In this document: positions 49,507 to 61,144 of the stretch, in pieces
Layout of the letters: the number at the start of each line of letters is the position of its first letter
Numbering within the stretch: position 1 is the stretch's first letter
Origin: Lama guanicoe
Taxonomy: Eukaryota
NCBI GenBank assembly: GCA_013239625.1
Contig: MU053652.1
Coordinates: forward strand, 4,205,902 to 4,269,901
DNA length: 64,000 bases
Direction: 5' to 3'
Notes under the pieces: generated by a model
Told to the model about the DNA's origin: nothing
Database searches by the model: none
What the model saw: only the letters and a program-made list of their open reading frames with translations
Position numbers and translations under genes: made by a program

Positions 49507-51969
49507 GCATAGAGTTACTATGTGTTGTGGATATTAACAATAACGTTCATCTCTTGTTTGGAATTCATCCTGTATTCAAGACCCCCATGATGTAGCCGGA
49601 CCTAGGATGTCTGTTTTTATAGCTTAGTCATTGACTTCTTTAACTCTGGCAATTGCCTGATGACCTCCTTTCAGCAGCTCAGCGAAGACAAGCACAGCAG
49701 AGCTCTTTAAAAGCTGAATCTCAGAGGCTGATTATGCCAACAGCTAACCACAGTTAACTGTGGTAACCAAAGTTGGCCTGGGCAGTCCGGAGACAGATGA
49801 CCCATCCCATACTGTGGGCAGCCTTTCCTGCAGTGCTAGACCCCAGAAAGAACCCACCACCAGTTCCTTCCTGAGGTGGGAAATAACCCCAAGAAGTTTG
49901 GCTCTCTAAATTTGGGACAACCAAGAAATGAGTCAGCTTTCTGGGGAAGCCCCTCCTTCCCACAGTCTGTGACTCACCATCTCTGCCAGGCCCCCACCCC
50001 CACTCCCACACCAGTAAGGCCTCTGCATTGCTTTCAAGAGCATTATAATACCTGATATTTGAAAAGCATTGAAGTACTGTACTTCTTTCAAAGTACTTGT
50101 GCATTCATTATCTCATTAGGATACCAGATTTGCTATTTTTTCCCTTCAGATTCTTTTTTTTTTTTTAACTTAAATCCAGCGGAGAAATTTTGTATGTGGC
50201 TTTCAACAAGCCTTGAGAGGAGAAAATCAGAATTCAATCCAAGAGCGAAGCTTTCCTTGAGCCGCAAATATAATCCTTTTCTCTTATGCCAAAAATAACA
50301 AAAGGGCAGAGGCTAGATTCTAGAGGAGAGAACACTGAGTGGGAGTTGAAACCTGGGCTCTAGTTCCAAATTTGCCACGAAGTAGCTGTGCGACTTAAAC
50401 AAGCCCCTTAATCTCTCTGTGCTTCAGTTTCTTCCTTTGTAAAGTGGTGGTGTTGAGGCTTCCAGGGGAGGTTGGCTTTGATATTTCCTGAAGTCTCTGA
50501 GCTTATATGGCATGGGGAATTGAAAAGCCTCAAGAGACTGATTTATAAGCAAGTTGGCACATTTTAATAAGGCCAGCTGCTATTTGGGGATGTGCAGAGG
50601 AGAGACCGTGTCCAGGGTGCCATGACCCATAGCACAGTATGACACAGAGCTGATTCTCAGAGACTCCAAGGCCTCCTTCAGGACGGCCTCTGATGGGTGT
50701 GGCTGGTTGGTGGTGGTTAGTTGGTTAAATGAAAGGTGAGCACCTGACTGTCACTCACAAAGTGCTAGAGTCTTGACTGATAAGAAACCCTGTGGCCTCT
50801 GGAACCACAGATGTCAGTATGGTTCTTGGAACAAGAAGGGAAGTGGAACCCTGGCATTTTCTTGGAGACGTGGCCTATATAGGGCTTGGCAGGCCAGGGT
50901 GGTAAGCCTTACTGAGCAGCCCAGGAATTTTTCTCACTGAATTCAACCTTCTCTTTATAACCCTTCCCTCCAGCAAACACTCTGCCCAGTGGGGAAGTGA
51001 ATGAATTCCTCGCCCACTTTCTGTATGACTATACTCTCCAATATATCCTGGCTCATCCTTTCTTTTCCAATGACTACTTTGAGACACTAGGATGTTAGTG
51101 GTTTATCTCCCTAGTGCCTGTGAGCTATTATATATCCTTTGAGAGCAAGGACTATGGTACATCTGAGTGCTTCCTACATTACTCAGCCTTGCTTTGGCTC
51201 TGAGCTTTCCTTCAACTTGTCTCCTCCTCCTCACCAAAGCAAAACAAAACAACCAACTATCACCACCACTAACAACATAAAAACTCTGAACCCTCCCATT
51301 CTATATCTTGTCCTTAGGAAATTTTTCTTTGTTCCTAAACTAATTCATGCTAAGGCACCAACAGCTGCTAAGGCTTATGACTTACCCACTCCCTGTCACT
51401 GCTCCAAATGTGTATTTAGATTTTAACAGGGACATTGGATTCAGTTTGGCAGAAACACTCCTATTAAAGGAACAAACTTGTTTCAGGGTCCTGCATCAGA
51501 CCTATGATAGGAGATATTTTTGTCCTTAAGGAGGGGCCTTTTTTGGTTTCTTCAGTCACTGAAAGGAGGCTGGGTACTATGAGGTCAGAACTATTGGAGG
51601 GTCGTCTGGCCTATCAGGCCTTGCCCTGAACCAGTAGTGTCATCTTATTCATAATCAGATCTGCAGTTTCAATACCCAGAACAAAACCTGCCACATTGCA
51701 TTTGCCAGCTTCCTTGCATTTCACAATGTTACTTAATTGTTTCTGGGATCTTCTGTCTTTCTCCTTAAATCCTGGCTCAGCCTCAGATGCTCCTGGCTCT
51801 GTTTGGGCTGTACTGCCTGATGCCAGGATGTGAAATCTTGGCATCCTCTGAGAACTCCTCAGGTGTGCGTGCCCTGTGCCCCTCCACATGCCAATCTTAT
51901 GCCCCTTACGGAATCTCTGGTCGCCTAACCTCAGGACATCAATGGCCTGAGCTTAAAGCAGGGCCAGAG

Positions 51970-52110
51970 GAGGAAGAGGGTATAGCTCAGTGGTAGAGTG
52001 CGTGCTTAGCATGTACAAGGTAGTGGTTTCAATCCTCAGTGCTTCCATTTAAAAAAAAATTTTAAGTTAATAAAATTTAAAAACCTAATTCCCACTCTAA
52101 AAAAAAAAAG
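51970..52110 (+). mobile_element. tRNA-derived SINE (Vic-1-like)
   Basis: gggtatagctcagtggtagagtgcgtgcttagcatg...; TSD aagcagg(g/a)ccagag (51956-51969 / 52111-52124). Confidence 0.82.
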
Positions 52111-53443
52111 AAGCAGGACCAGAGAAAGGAACTATTAAGTCCATTAAGTAAAACCAAATGTGAATTAATTCCAGGAGACCAGGTGAATCTCCAGAGCTTC
52201 CAGGTCTGCCTTACAAAGGGGCAAATTTCTATTCCTGTTGTTTGCCCACTCTGAATCTTGTCTCCAGGCCAGTACTCTCTGTCACTCGCTTTGTCCCACC
52301 GTATTCACCACAACAAGGCTGAGAATGCCCCTGTGAACAGGAACTGGCCAGTTCTCTCGACTTGGAAGCCAGCTTGATTCTTTGAGGGGAAGTGTTAGAA
52401 GGGTCAGATCCAGCTCAGGGATATCCTTAAGTAACCAGATGCTCTGAGTTTTCCTGGCATGTACTGATGTTAATATGCAAACATAGGCAAACTCTGAAGG
52501 CATTTGCTCTGATGTATAAAATATGCTGGCCAAGCTAAAGTAAGAATGCAGATAAACAAATACAAGGAAGGTTAAAGTGTTTCTTAAGTTTGGAATTCTA
52601 AAATAACACAGAATCCCATGGCAAGACCAATACCATATCATCCATTGTCACTTTCCCACTTCCACAGCCTGGGGGTTGAGTCTGGGAGCCGAGGAGAAGG
52701 AGCTGGCTCTCTTCCAGTCCCTAATTCATCCTGCCTGGATCTGCATGGTCCATTCCTAAACTCCCTGGTTAGGAATGTGGTCACTTCAGTCATCTCCTGT
52801 CCAGTCATCTTGCCCTTTCCACTCCTCGATGTTGATTTGGTGGACGACCTGGTAAAAGCCATGGCAAGCATCCTGGAGAGAAGCACCAGAGATCTTTGTT
52901 AGGTCATGATGTAGAGATTAGGGATTAGCCTCGTTAGTGGTTAGTGAGCAAGAGACTTATGGGGCCCATATAAAAGGAGATATTACTGAAGAGAAAGGAG
53001 AAAGAGGGAAGGCTGGGACTGAGACTGAAGGAAATCCACTAACAGGTGAAGTGCAATCCAAGGTCATCCCTGCAGCCGTGTCTGTGGCTGAGTAGATTCT
53101 TGCACCCAGGTGGGTCCAGGTGGATCTTGCCCAGCAATAAAACTGGAGAAGACAAACTGACTTTGTCCTAACCCCATTTATTTTATGCGAAAGGAGCTTT
53201 ATCATCATCCTTAGGCTTCTAAAACCTCACCCGTTTCCCAGTGTATTGCCCTAGAATCAGACTTGGGCTAACATGCGCAATGGAAAAGTTTCTGCGCTCA
53301 ATTCTCTGGCTCACACACTTGCCGGCAACAGTCGTGACCGCCAGCACCAGAAGGGCAGAGTGACTCTGGGTCAGCTCTACTTTGTGCAAAATCAAAATAC
53401 AGAAATCCAGATTTTTTTCTTCAAATGATTCATTTGGGAGGTG

Positions 53444-53475
<32 letters not shown>

Positions 53476-53507
53476 TTGCTTTATTGCTTTATTGCTTTAT
53501 TGCTTTA
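53444..53507. repeat. Compound microsatellite (TTTA)n followed by (TTGCTTTA)4
   Basis: Seen directly. Confidence 0.9.
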
Positions 53508-54324
53508 CAAAAGCATCTCTGAAGGGTTTCTTCAATTTTTCTATGGTTCTCTTTTTTGGGAAAAATTATCTTTGGTATAACATTAGATAATCACTTTACC
53601 CCAAAAAAAGGGAAAAAAACTGAAAAAAAGAAACAATCCTGCATGACTCCATCCTCTTAGTGCACCTGTCACATACTAGCATTTAGAGGTTATCTTTCCT
53701 ATCTTTTCTGCTATACACACTTTTTTTTGCCTTCTAAGCATTAAAGGATCATTTTGTTTTTAATTTAAAAAAGAAGTAATTCAGGTACATGATTTAAAAA
53801 GTGTGAAATAAAAAGTAACAGTCTCTCTCCTTCAACTTTATCCCCGGTGACCACTACCAACTCTTATATATCTTTCCAGAAAATAGCTTTTTATATAAAG
53901 CACGTAGCTGGGTTGCATGTGCTCTGAGGGGCTGGGGTAAGCAGTGGATTTGCTCCTATTTAGAGTATAGACACATGGACCATGTAAGCAGCCCCTCCTA
54001 CTGTCAGGATTGTAACATGTAAAACTTGGGAGCTGCCAGGGATGTTGTTTCTGGACATGTAACTAAAATAAGTGACTGAAGAGCTGTAAAGAGAGTCCCA
54101 GTGCTATCAGAAATTCTGGATCTGGCTCTTTTTGAAGTTGAACCATGACCTTGGCTTTCCTACAATTTAGTCATTTGACCTTTCTCAAAGTTCATGACCA
54201 ATAAGTCCCTTTTCTGCTAAAATTTATTTGAATTGGGTAGATGTCATGTGTTAACAAACTAGCACATTCATCATAAGCATTTATTCTTTCTCTGTACAGT
54301 CTTCATGTCCATAATTTTTCTTCC

Positions 54325-55190
54325 AGTTTTATTGAGATATAATTGACATACAGCATTGTTTAAAGTACATGACAGAATGATTTGACTTACATACATAATG
54401 AAATGATTATCACAATAAGTTTAGTATTCGAATATCCATCATCTCATATAAATACAAAATTAAAGAAATTTTAAAATATGTTTTTCCTTGTGATGAGAAC
54501 ACTTTGGATTTACTCTCTTGACAACTATCATATATAACATAATTAACACTAACAACAGTGTTCATTGTATTTATTATGTCATATATTACATGTCTGTATT
54601 TATTTATTTTATAACTGGAAGTTTGTACCTTTTGACTGCCTTCATCCAATTCCCCCTCCCCCTCCACCACCCACTTCTGGTAACTACAAATATGATCTCT
54701 TTTTCTATGAGTTTGGTTTTTTTGTCTTTAAAGTATAATTGACTTACAACACTATGTTAGTTCCTGTAACACAACAAAGTGGTTCGATATTTCTATACAT
54801 TTCAATAAGATCACAATAAGTCTAGTTGCAATATGTCACCATATAAAGATATTTCATGGCTATTGACTGCATTCCCCACATTGTATATCTCATACCCATT
54901 ACTCATTTATTTTGCAACTGGAAATTTATACCTCTTAATCTCCCTCATCTATATATTTCCTCCCCACATTGCCCTCCCCTCTGGCAACAATGTTTTTAAT
55001 CTGTATCTATAACTCTGTTTCTACTTTGTTATGTCTGTTCATTTGTTTTGTTTTTTAAATTCTACATAAAAGTGAAGTCATATAGTATTTGTCTTTCTTT
55101 AACTTATTTCACTTAATATAATATCCTCTAGCTTCATCCATGTTGTCGCAAATGATAAGATTTCATTCTTTTTTATGGCTGAGGAATATT
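54325..55190 (-). mobile_element. L1MA9-like 3' end
   Basis: ttttattgagatataattgacatac...gatttcattcttttttatggctga. Confidence 0.75.
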
Positions 55191-55805
55191 CTGCTGGTGG
55201 AAATGTAACAGTGTGCAGTTGCTTTGGAACACATTGTGGCAGTTCCTCAAAAGTCTGGACATAAAGTTATATGATCCAGCAATTCCGCTCCTCAGTATAT
55301 ACCTAAGAGAAATGAGAACACGTCCACACAAATACTTGGATATGAATGTTTAGCAGCACTATTCATAACAGCTAAAAATAGAAACAACTCAAATGTCCAT
55401 CAGCTGATGAATGGATAAACAATGTAATATATCCATACAGTGAAATATTATTCTGCAGTAAAAAGAAATGAAATACTGAAACATAATATAAATTGGATGA
55501 ACCTTGAATGCATTATACTGACTTAAAGAAGTCAGACACAAAGGATCACATATTATATGATTTAATTTGTATGAAATGTCTAGAATAGGCAAATCTATGG
55601 AAACAGAAGGTGGATTTACCTAGGGATGGGAGCTTGAAGTAAAATGGGGAATGAATGACTGTTAATGGGGGTGAAGAAATTGTTCTAAAACTGTATTGAT
55701 CATTGTGAAAGTTTGTGAATGTACTAAAGACCATTGACTTGGACACTTTAAATGTGTGAATTATATTGGCATGTGAATTATGATAAAATTATTATTTTTA
55801 AAAAT
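55191..55805 (+). mobile_element. L1MB-like 3' end
   Basis: atatgatccagcaattccgctcctcagtatatacc...ttgacttggacactttaaatg. Confidence 0.75.
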
Positions 55806-56199
55806 ATCCTATTGACTGGATGTGTCAATGGGATTAGTTATGTAATTGTCAGGTACAAACTCTTCCTCTATTACTTATACTTCTCTGTGTCTCATATCAT
55901 TTAACAAATAGTTACGGAACATCAGATGTGTTGGGAATATAAAAAAAGCAGAGGAGCATCTCATGCCCCAGCCAAGGAGGCAGCACTGGTCCACAGAACT
56001 GGGCAAAGCAGCACCTAATAAACACTACTGGAATCAGAGGCAGGCTTGCTGTCATGGGCTTTGCACCCTAAGGAAGGCTTCACTGAGGAGGTGAAAACCA
56101 CTGAATCTTAAAGGATAAGTAGTGAGAAACAAAATATAACAAAGTTATTATTGGTTGAGCACTTACCCCAATAGACATTGTTCTACACATAATACAGAG

Positions 56200-58295
56200 G
56201 GGGTTGAACTTCCAGAATGGCAGAGTAAGGAGTTAGGTGGACCTTCTCCCCAGCAAAACAACAACTCAGCTGGTAAAACCTGTAAAACAAAACACAGACT
56301 CTCATTTACAACTCCTTGAAATTGTTCTAAGGGCATAGAAAAAACAGAAAAATATTATACAAAAAAACTTACATTTTAGGAAGAATGATGAGAGTCTATT
56401 TGATATAAGCCACAACCCAGTATTCCCTTAGTCCTCCTCTCCCAGCCCCTTGTTTCGGAAGCTCTCCTGGAGAACTCTAGTCTTAACAAGAAGATTCCTC
56501 CCAGCTCCCGGTCTGTGGCTAGTTTCACCCTGGGAGAAGCAGCTGTCAGAGCTTCTCATCCCCTCAGCACCCTGTTGCGGAAACTTTATTATAGGCGTGG
56601 CAGGCTGCAAATACTGGGGCCCTGTCACTCCTTCGCTCCCCTAAGCCAGTTTGTAAAGTGGGGGTTCTACAGCAGGAGGAATAGGCAGAGAAGATCAGTA
56701 GCTTCCATCCCCCCCCACTTACAGAGCAGGGGATCACTCAAAGAAAAGTGGGGCACCACCCCCAGCTCTGATACAGCGGCACGCAGTTCCACCAAGCTAA
56801 AAGGCAACCCATAAGGACAAGAGCTTTAGAGCTCCACTTGAGACTATTGGAACAGAGCCTAGAGGACTCTGTCTAATGGTGCCGTGGAAAACAACAGAGA
56901 TCCTGATGTAGAGCAATGAAGAGGAGCTGGTAGCTCCATGACACAAGCAAAATGGCAGAGTGGCTAGAAATCTAATAGAGAACCAGGGAAAGAGGAAGCC
57001 AAGAAGAGCCCTCCTGGAAGCCCATTCAACTCTAAGGATCAGGAAGGCTGAACACTCACGCCTGGCTGCTCCCACTCAGGGGCAATCAGCGCAGGGCATG
57101 CTGCAGACTTGAGAACTTCCCCGAGCCACACGCTGGCCCATTAACACAGGGCCCCTCGTGGCATGAGGGGCTTAAACACAACCTCTAACCAAACATTGAC
57201 TGAACAGTAAGCTACTCTGACCAGGAGCGACTCTTAGGAAATCAAGATTCAGAGTAAAATCATACTCATCCTTGTCAGTCCAGGCGACTGTGAACATGCC
57301 GGAGGCTGCACCCTATTAGGAATGATCAGAGAGGGAACATCCAAGCTATTAGGCTCTGGACAAACATGGGGCAAAAAAGTAAACTCCCTGAGCTGTGACA
57401 GCAACCTCCAAGCCAAACACACATACAATGAAAAAGGTTAAAAATATGACTGGCTAGGGGCCCTATGTACAATCTGTGACCGATAAGTAGCTAAGGCCAA
57501 GCCAGGGGGACCCCAGGTAGCCAGGCTAAAAGATGAAAATGAGGGGGAAATATCTAAGCAGGGATATCAGGGCTGCATGCTGCAGGGGAAATAGATTTTG
57601 CAAAATTAGTTCAGCCAAACCATTAAACAAATAAACAAATGATGAAGCAACCAACTATAGCTCCAACCCTCTGGTAGGAAAGCAGCATCAATCATTGCTA
57701 CAATCTATTATCAAAAATGTCCACTTTTCAATAAAAAATTATGAGACACGCAAAGAAACAGTAAAGTATGACGCATACACAGGGGGAAAAAAAGCAAGCA
57801 ATAGAAACTGCCTTGAGGAGCCCAGATGGTGCAATTAGCAGACAAAGACTCTAAAGCATTTATAATAAATATATTAAAAGAATCAAAGGAAACCACACCT
57901 AAAGATTTAAAGGATTTATGATGGCAATGTCTCATCAAATAGACGATAACAGTAAAGAGAAACTGCAAGAATCAAATGGAAATTCTGGAGTCAAAAAGTA
58001 CAATAACCAAAACGAAAAATTCACTGGAGGAGCTCAGCAGAAGATTTGATCTGTCGGAAGTAAGAATCAGTGAACTTGAAGGTAGACCAACAGAGATTAT
58101 GCAATCATAAAAACAAAGAGAAAAAGGAATGAATAAAAAGGAACAGAGCCTTGGAGAGGTGTGGGACACCAGTAAGTGCACCAACATGTGTGGAATGGTA
58201 GTACTAGAAGGAGAGAAAAGACAAAGAGAAAAAAATATAGTCAAAGAAGTAATGGTTGAAAACTTCCCAAATTTGATGTAAAGCACTGACACATT
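56200..58295 (+). mobile_element. Old L1 5' UTR / ORF1 remnant
   Basis: cttccagaatggcagagtaagg start; ORF1-like A-rich coiled-coil text (aatcaaatggaaattctggag...aagaatcagtgaacttgaa...gaaaacttcccaaatttgatg). Confidence 0.7.
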
Positions 58296-58299
58296 CAAG

Positions 58300-59495
58300 G
58301 CATAGCCTACTTTCTCCTAGCTCATAGCAAAATGCAAGAAGAAGGAGATACATCAAAAAAAGGAACCATTAAGCAACGAAGGATCAGAATTTGATGATAT
58401 GGAAAACTCTCAGCATATCTGTATTGCATAAGATGAGGAAAGATGCTCTGGAGAGAACACCAAAGGTGTTCCTGGACAACCATTTGCTAAAGAGATTCTG
58501 TGTGTGACTTATAAATCCAATCCACCATTTCAGCAGAAGCCAGGAATAGAGACGGGGTTTTCCAGGAAGAACCAGTGGAGAACCCTTATGTCTAACGGTG
58601 TGGATCTCCTTGACATCACAGAGGACCAAGAAGGTTTTTTGAGAATTTTACACCAATAGAAAAAACACTGTCAGCCTGTACTGCAAGGGACAGAGATGGG
58701 ATGAAATTGAGGAAGATTCTGAGGCCAGAGACAATGGGGTCATCCCGGAGGATACAGAGGATAGAGCATAGAGCCACAGAGGATTACTTTCAGGTTTTGA
58801 AATCTAATGGAATTAGCTCTGCTGGACTGTGGACTTGCTTTCAACCAATAACTCTTCTATTCCTTCCATTTTTCTCCCTTTCAGAATGGGAGTGTCTATC
58901 AGATGCCTGTCCCACCATAGTATTTTGGAAGCAGAGAACTTATTTTCTAGGTTTAACAGATCTGTGGCCCGAGAGGAATTTTGTCCCAGAATGGACCATA
59001 TCCGGAGCCTCACTCATACTTATTAAGATAATTTAGATGATGTGATTTGGGACTTCGGGAATTGAAATTTAGATGAGACTTGGGACTTAGAATTGATGCT
59101 GGATTGGATTAAGATGGCACCTCTACCCTCCAATTGTTCAAAGGTCAACCGTAGTTATACTAAGGTGAGGTCATACTGGATTAGGTTGGGTCCTAAATCC
59201 AATGACTAGTGTCCTAAAAGAAGAGACACAGACACACAGGGAGAATGCAATGTGACGATGGAGGTAAGAGATTGGAGTGATACAACTACAAGCCAAGGTA
59301 CACAAAGGATTGCTGGCAGCCACCAGAATCTAGGGGAGAGGCATGGGATGGTTTCTCCCTCCGAGCCTCTGGAAGGAATCAACCCTGCTGATACCTTGAT
59401 TTTGAATTCTGGTCTCCTGAGCTATGAGAGAAAGACATTTCTGTTGTTTTAAGCCACTCAGTTTGTAGTAATTTGTTATAGCAGCCCTAGGACAT
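58300..59495 (+). mobile_element. MaLR internal fragment plus partial MLT1B-like LTR (a Tigger end at ~59115-59152)
   Basis: MLT1-int-like text (atagcaaaatgcaagaag...ggaaaactctcagc) followed by MLT1 LTR text ending gttatagcagccctagg. Confidence 0.65.
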
Positions 59496-60115
59496 GGATG
59501 TAAGTGCCAAGACCATTTACTGGGAAAAGAATCGTCTTTACAGCAAATGGTGCTGACACCACTGTATATCCACATGTCAAAGAATGAAGTTGGGCCCCCA
59601 ACCTCACATCACATACAAAAACTAACTCAAGACAAATCAAGGAGCTAAAACTTTAAAACTCTTATAAGAAAACATAGGGGTAAATCTTCACAACCTTGGA
59701 TCAGGGAATGACTTCTTAAATATGACACAAAAAGCACAAGTAACAGGAGAAAAAAATTAGACAAATTGGAATCATTGACATTTAAAACTTTTTTAAATTA
59801 AAATCTTTTGTACTTTAAAGGACACCATCAAGAAACTAAAAAGACAACCCACAGAATGGGAAAAGATATTTGTAAATCATGTATTTGATAGAGGACTTGT
59901 ATCTAGAATATTTAAAGAACTCCTGCAACTCAACAACAAAAAGAAGAATAACCCAATTTTTTAAGTGGGCGAACGATCTGAATAGATGTTTCTCCCCAGA
60001 AGATATATAAATGGCCAACAAGCAACAGCCATCAACAGTCATCCAAGAGTGAATTTTATGGTATTGAGTTATATATGGCTTAAAAAAAAAAAGCAAAGGA
60101 ATAAAATAATATGTA

Positions 60116-60230
60116 TGGGGGAGGGTATGGCTCAGTGCTTGAGTGTGTGTTTAGCATGCATGAGGTCCTTGATGCAATCCCCACTACCTCCATTAAAACA
60201 AACAAACAAACAAAAAATAAAATAAAATAA
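60116..60230 (+). mobile_element. tRNA-derived SINE (Vic-1-like) within L1 fragments (59500-60590)
   Basis: ggggagggtatggctcagtg...ttagcatgcatgaggtcc...tacctccattaaaac. Confidence 0.75.
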
Positions 60231-60512
60231 TGTATAGAATTGTCTTGTTGGGGCTATAATATGCAAAAGTGTAACATATTTGACAATAACAGCACAAAGG
60301 AGGCAGGTAGGAGCAAAGCTGTATTGGAGTGAGGAAATGATACCAATGGAAACTCAAATCCATAGAAAGAAATAAAGAGAAACAGGAGGGGCAAAACAAA
60401 GGTTAATAGAACCAATCCTGTAATATATATTTGCTCTCCTTCTCTAAGCTTCTTTAAAAGTAATCATTGTAACAATGAATTATTGGGCTTAGAACATACA
60501 TAGATGTAATAT

Positions 60513-61144
60513 GTATAACAAAAATAGCACAAAAAAAAAAAGAGAGGGAAGGGGAGGCAATGATTTGGCAGTAAAGCCCCTGTATTTCACTGAAACTATT
60601 TAAAATATAATTCCCTAGGTCTGCTGAATCAGAGTCTCAGAAGATGGCCAGGGCTTTCTTGGTTTGTACTGTGCCTTTGTGTGAATTCAAAGGCTCGCCT
60701 TCCTGTCAACAAATGTAGCTCCTCGCTGGGGGCAATGGCTTAAGCAAGTGGAACATGAACTGGATCAACCACCCACTCACACTGAACAATCTGCACAACT
60801 GTATAAAGGCGTGACCCCCATCTGTAATAGTATAACAAAAATAGCACAAAAAAAAAAGAGAGGGAAGGGGAGGCAATGATTTGGCAGTAAAGCCCCTGTA
60901 TTTCACTGAAACTATTTAAAATATAATTCCCTAGGTCTGCTGAATCAGAGTCTCAGAAGATGGCCAGGGCTTTCTTGGTTTGTACTGTGCCTTTGTGTGA
61001 ATTCAAAGGCTCGCCTTCCTGTCAACAAATGTAGCTCCTCGCTGGGGGCAATGGCTTAAGCAAGTGGAACATGAACTGGATCAACCACCCACTCACACTG
61101 AACAATCTGCACAACTGTATAAAGGCGTGACCCCCATCTGTAAT
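60513..61144. repeat. Near-perfect 317-bp tandem duplication
   Basis: 60513-60828 and 60830-61144 look identical by eye except A11 versus A10. Confidence 0.95.

Noticed and set aside
54325..55805. Twin-priming L1 inversion at the 55190 junction
   Set aside because: Both arms are 3' ends of different subfamilies with their own tails, so they are two separate elements.
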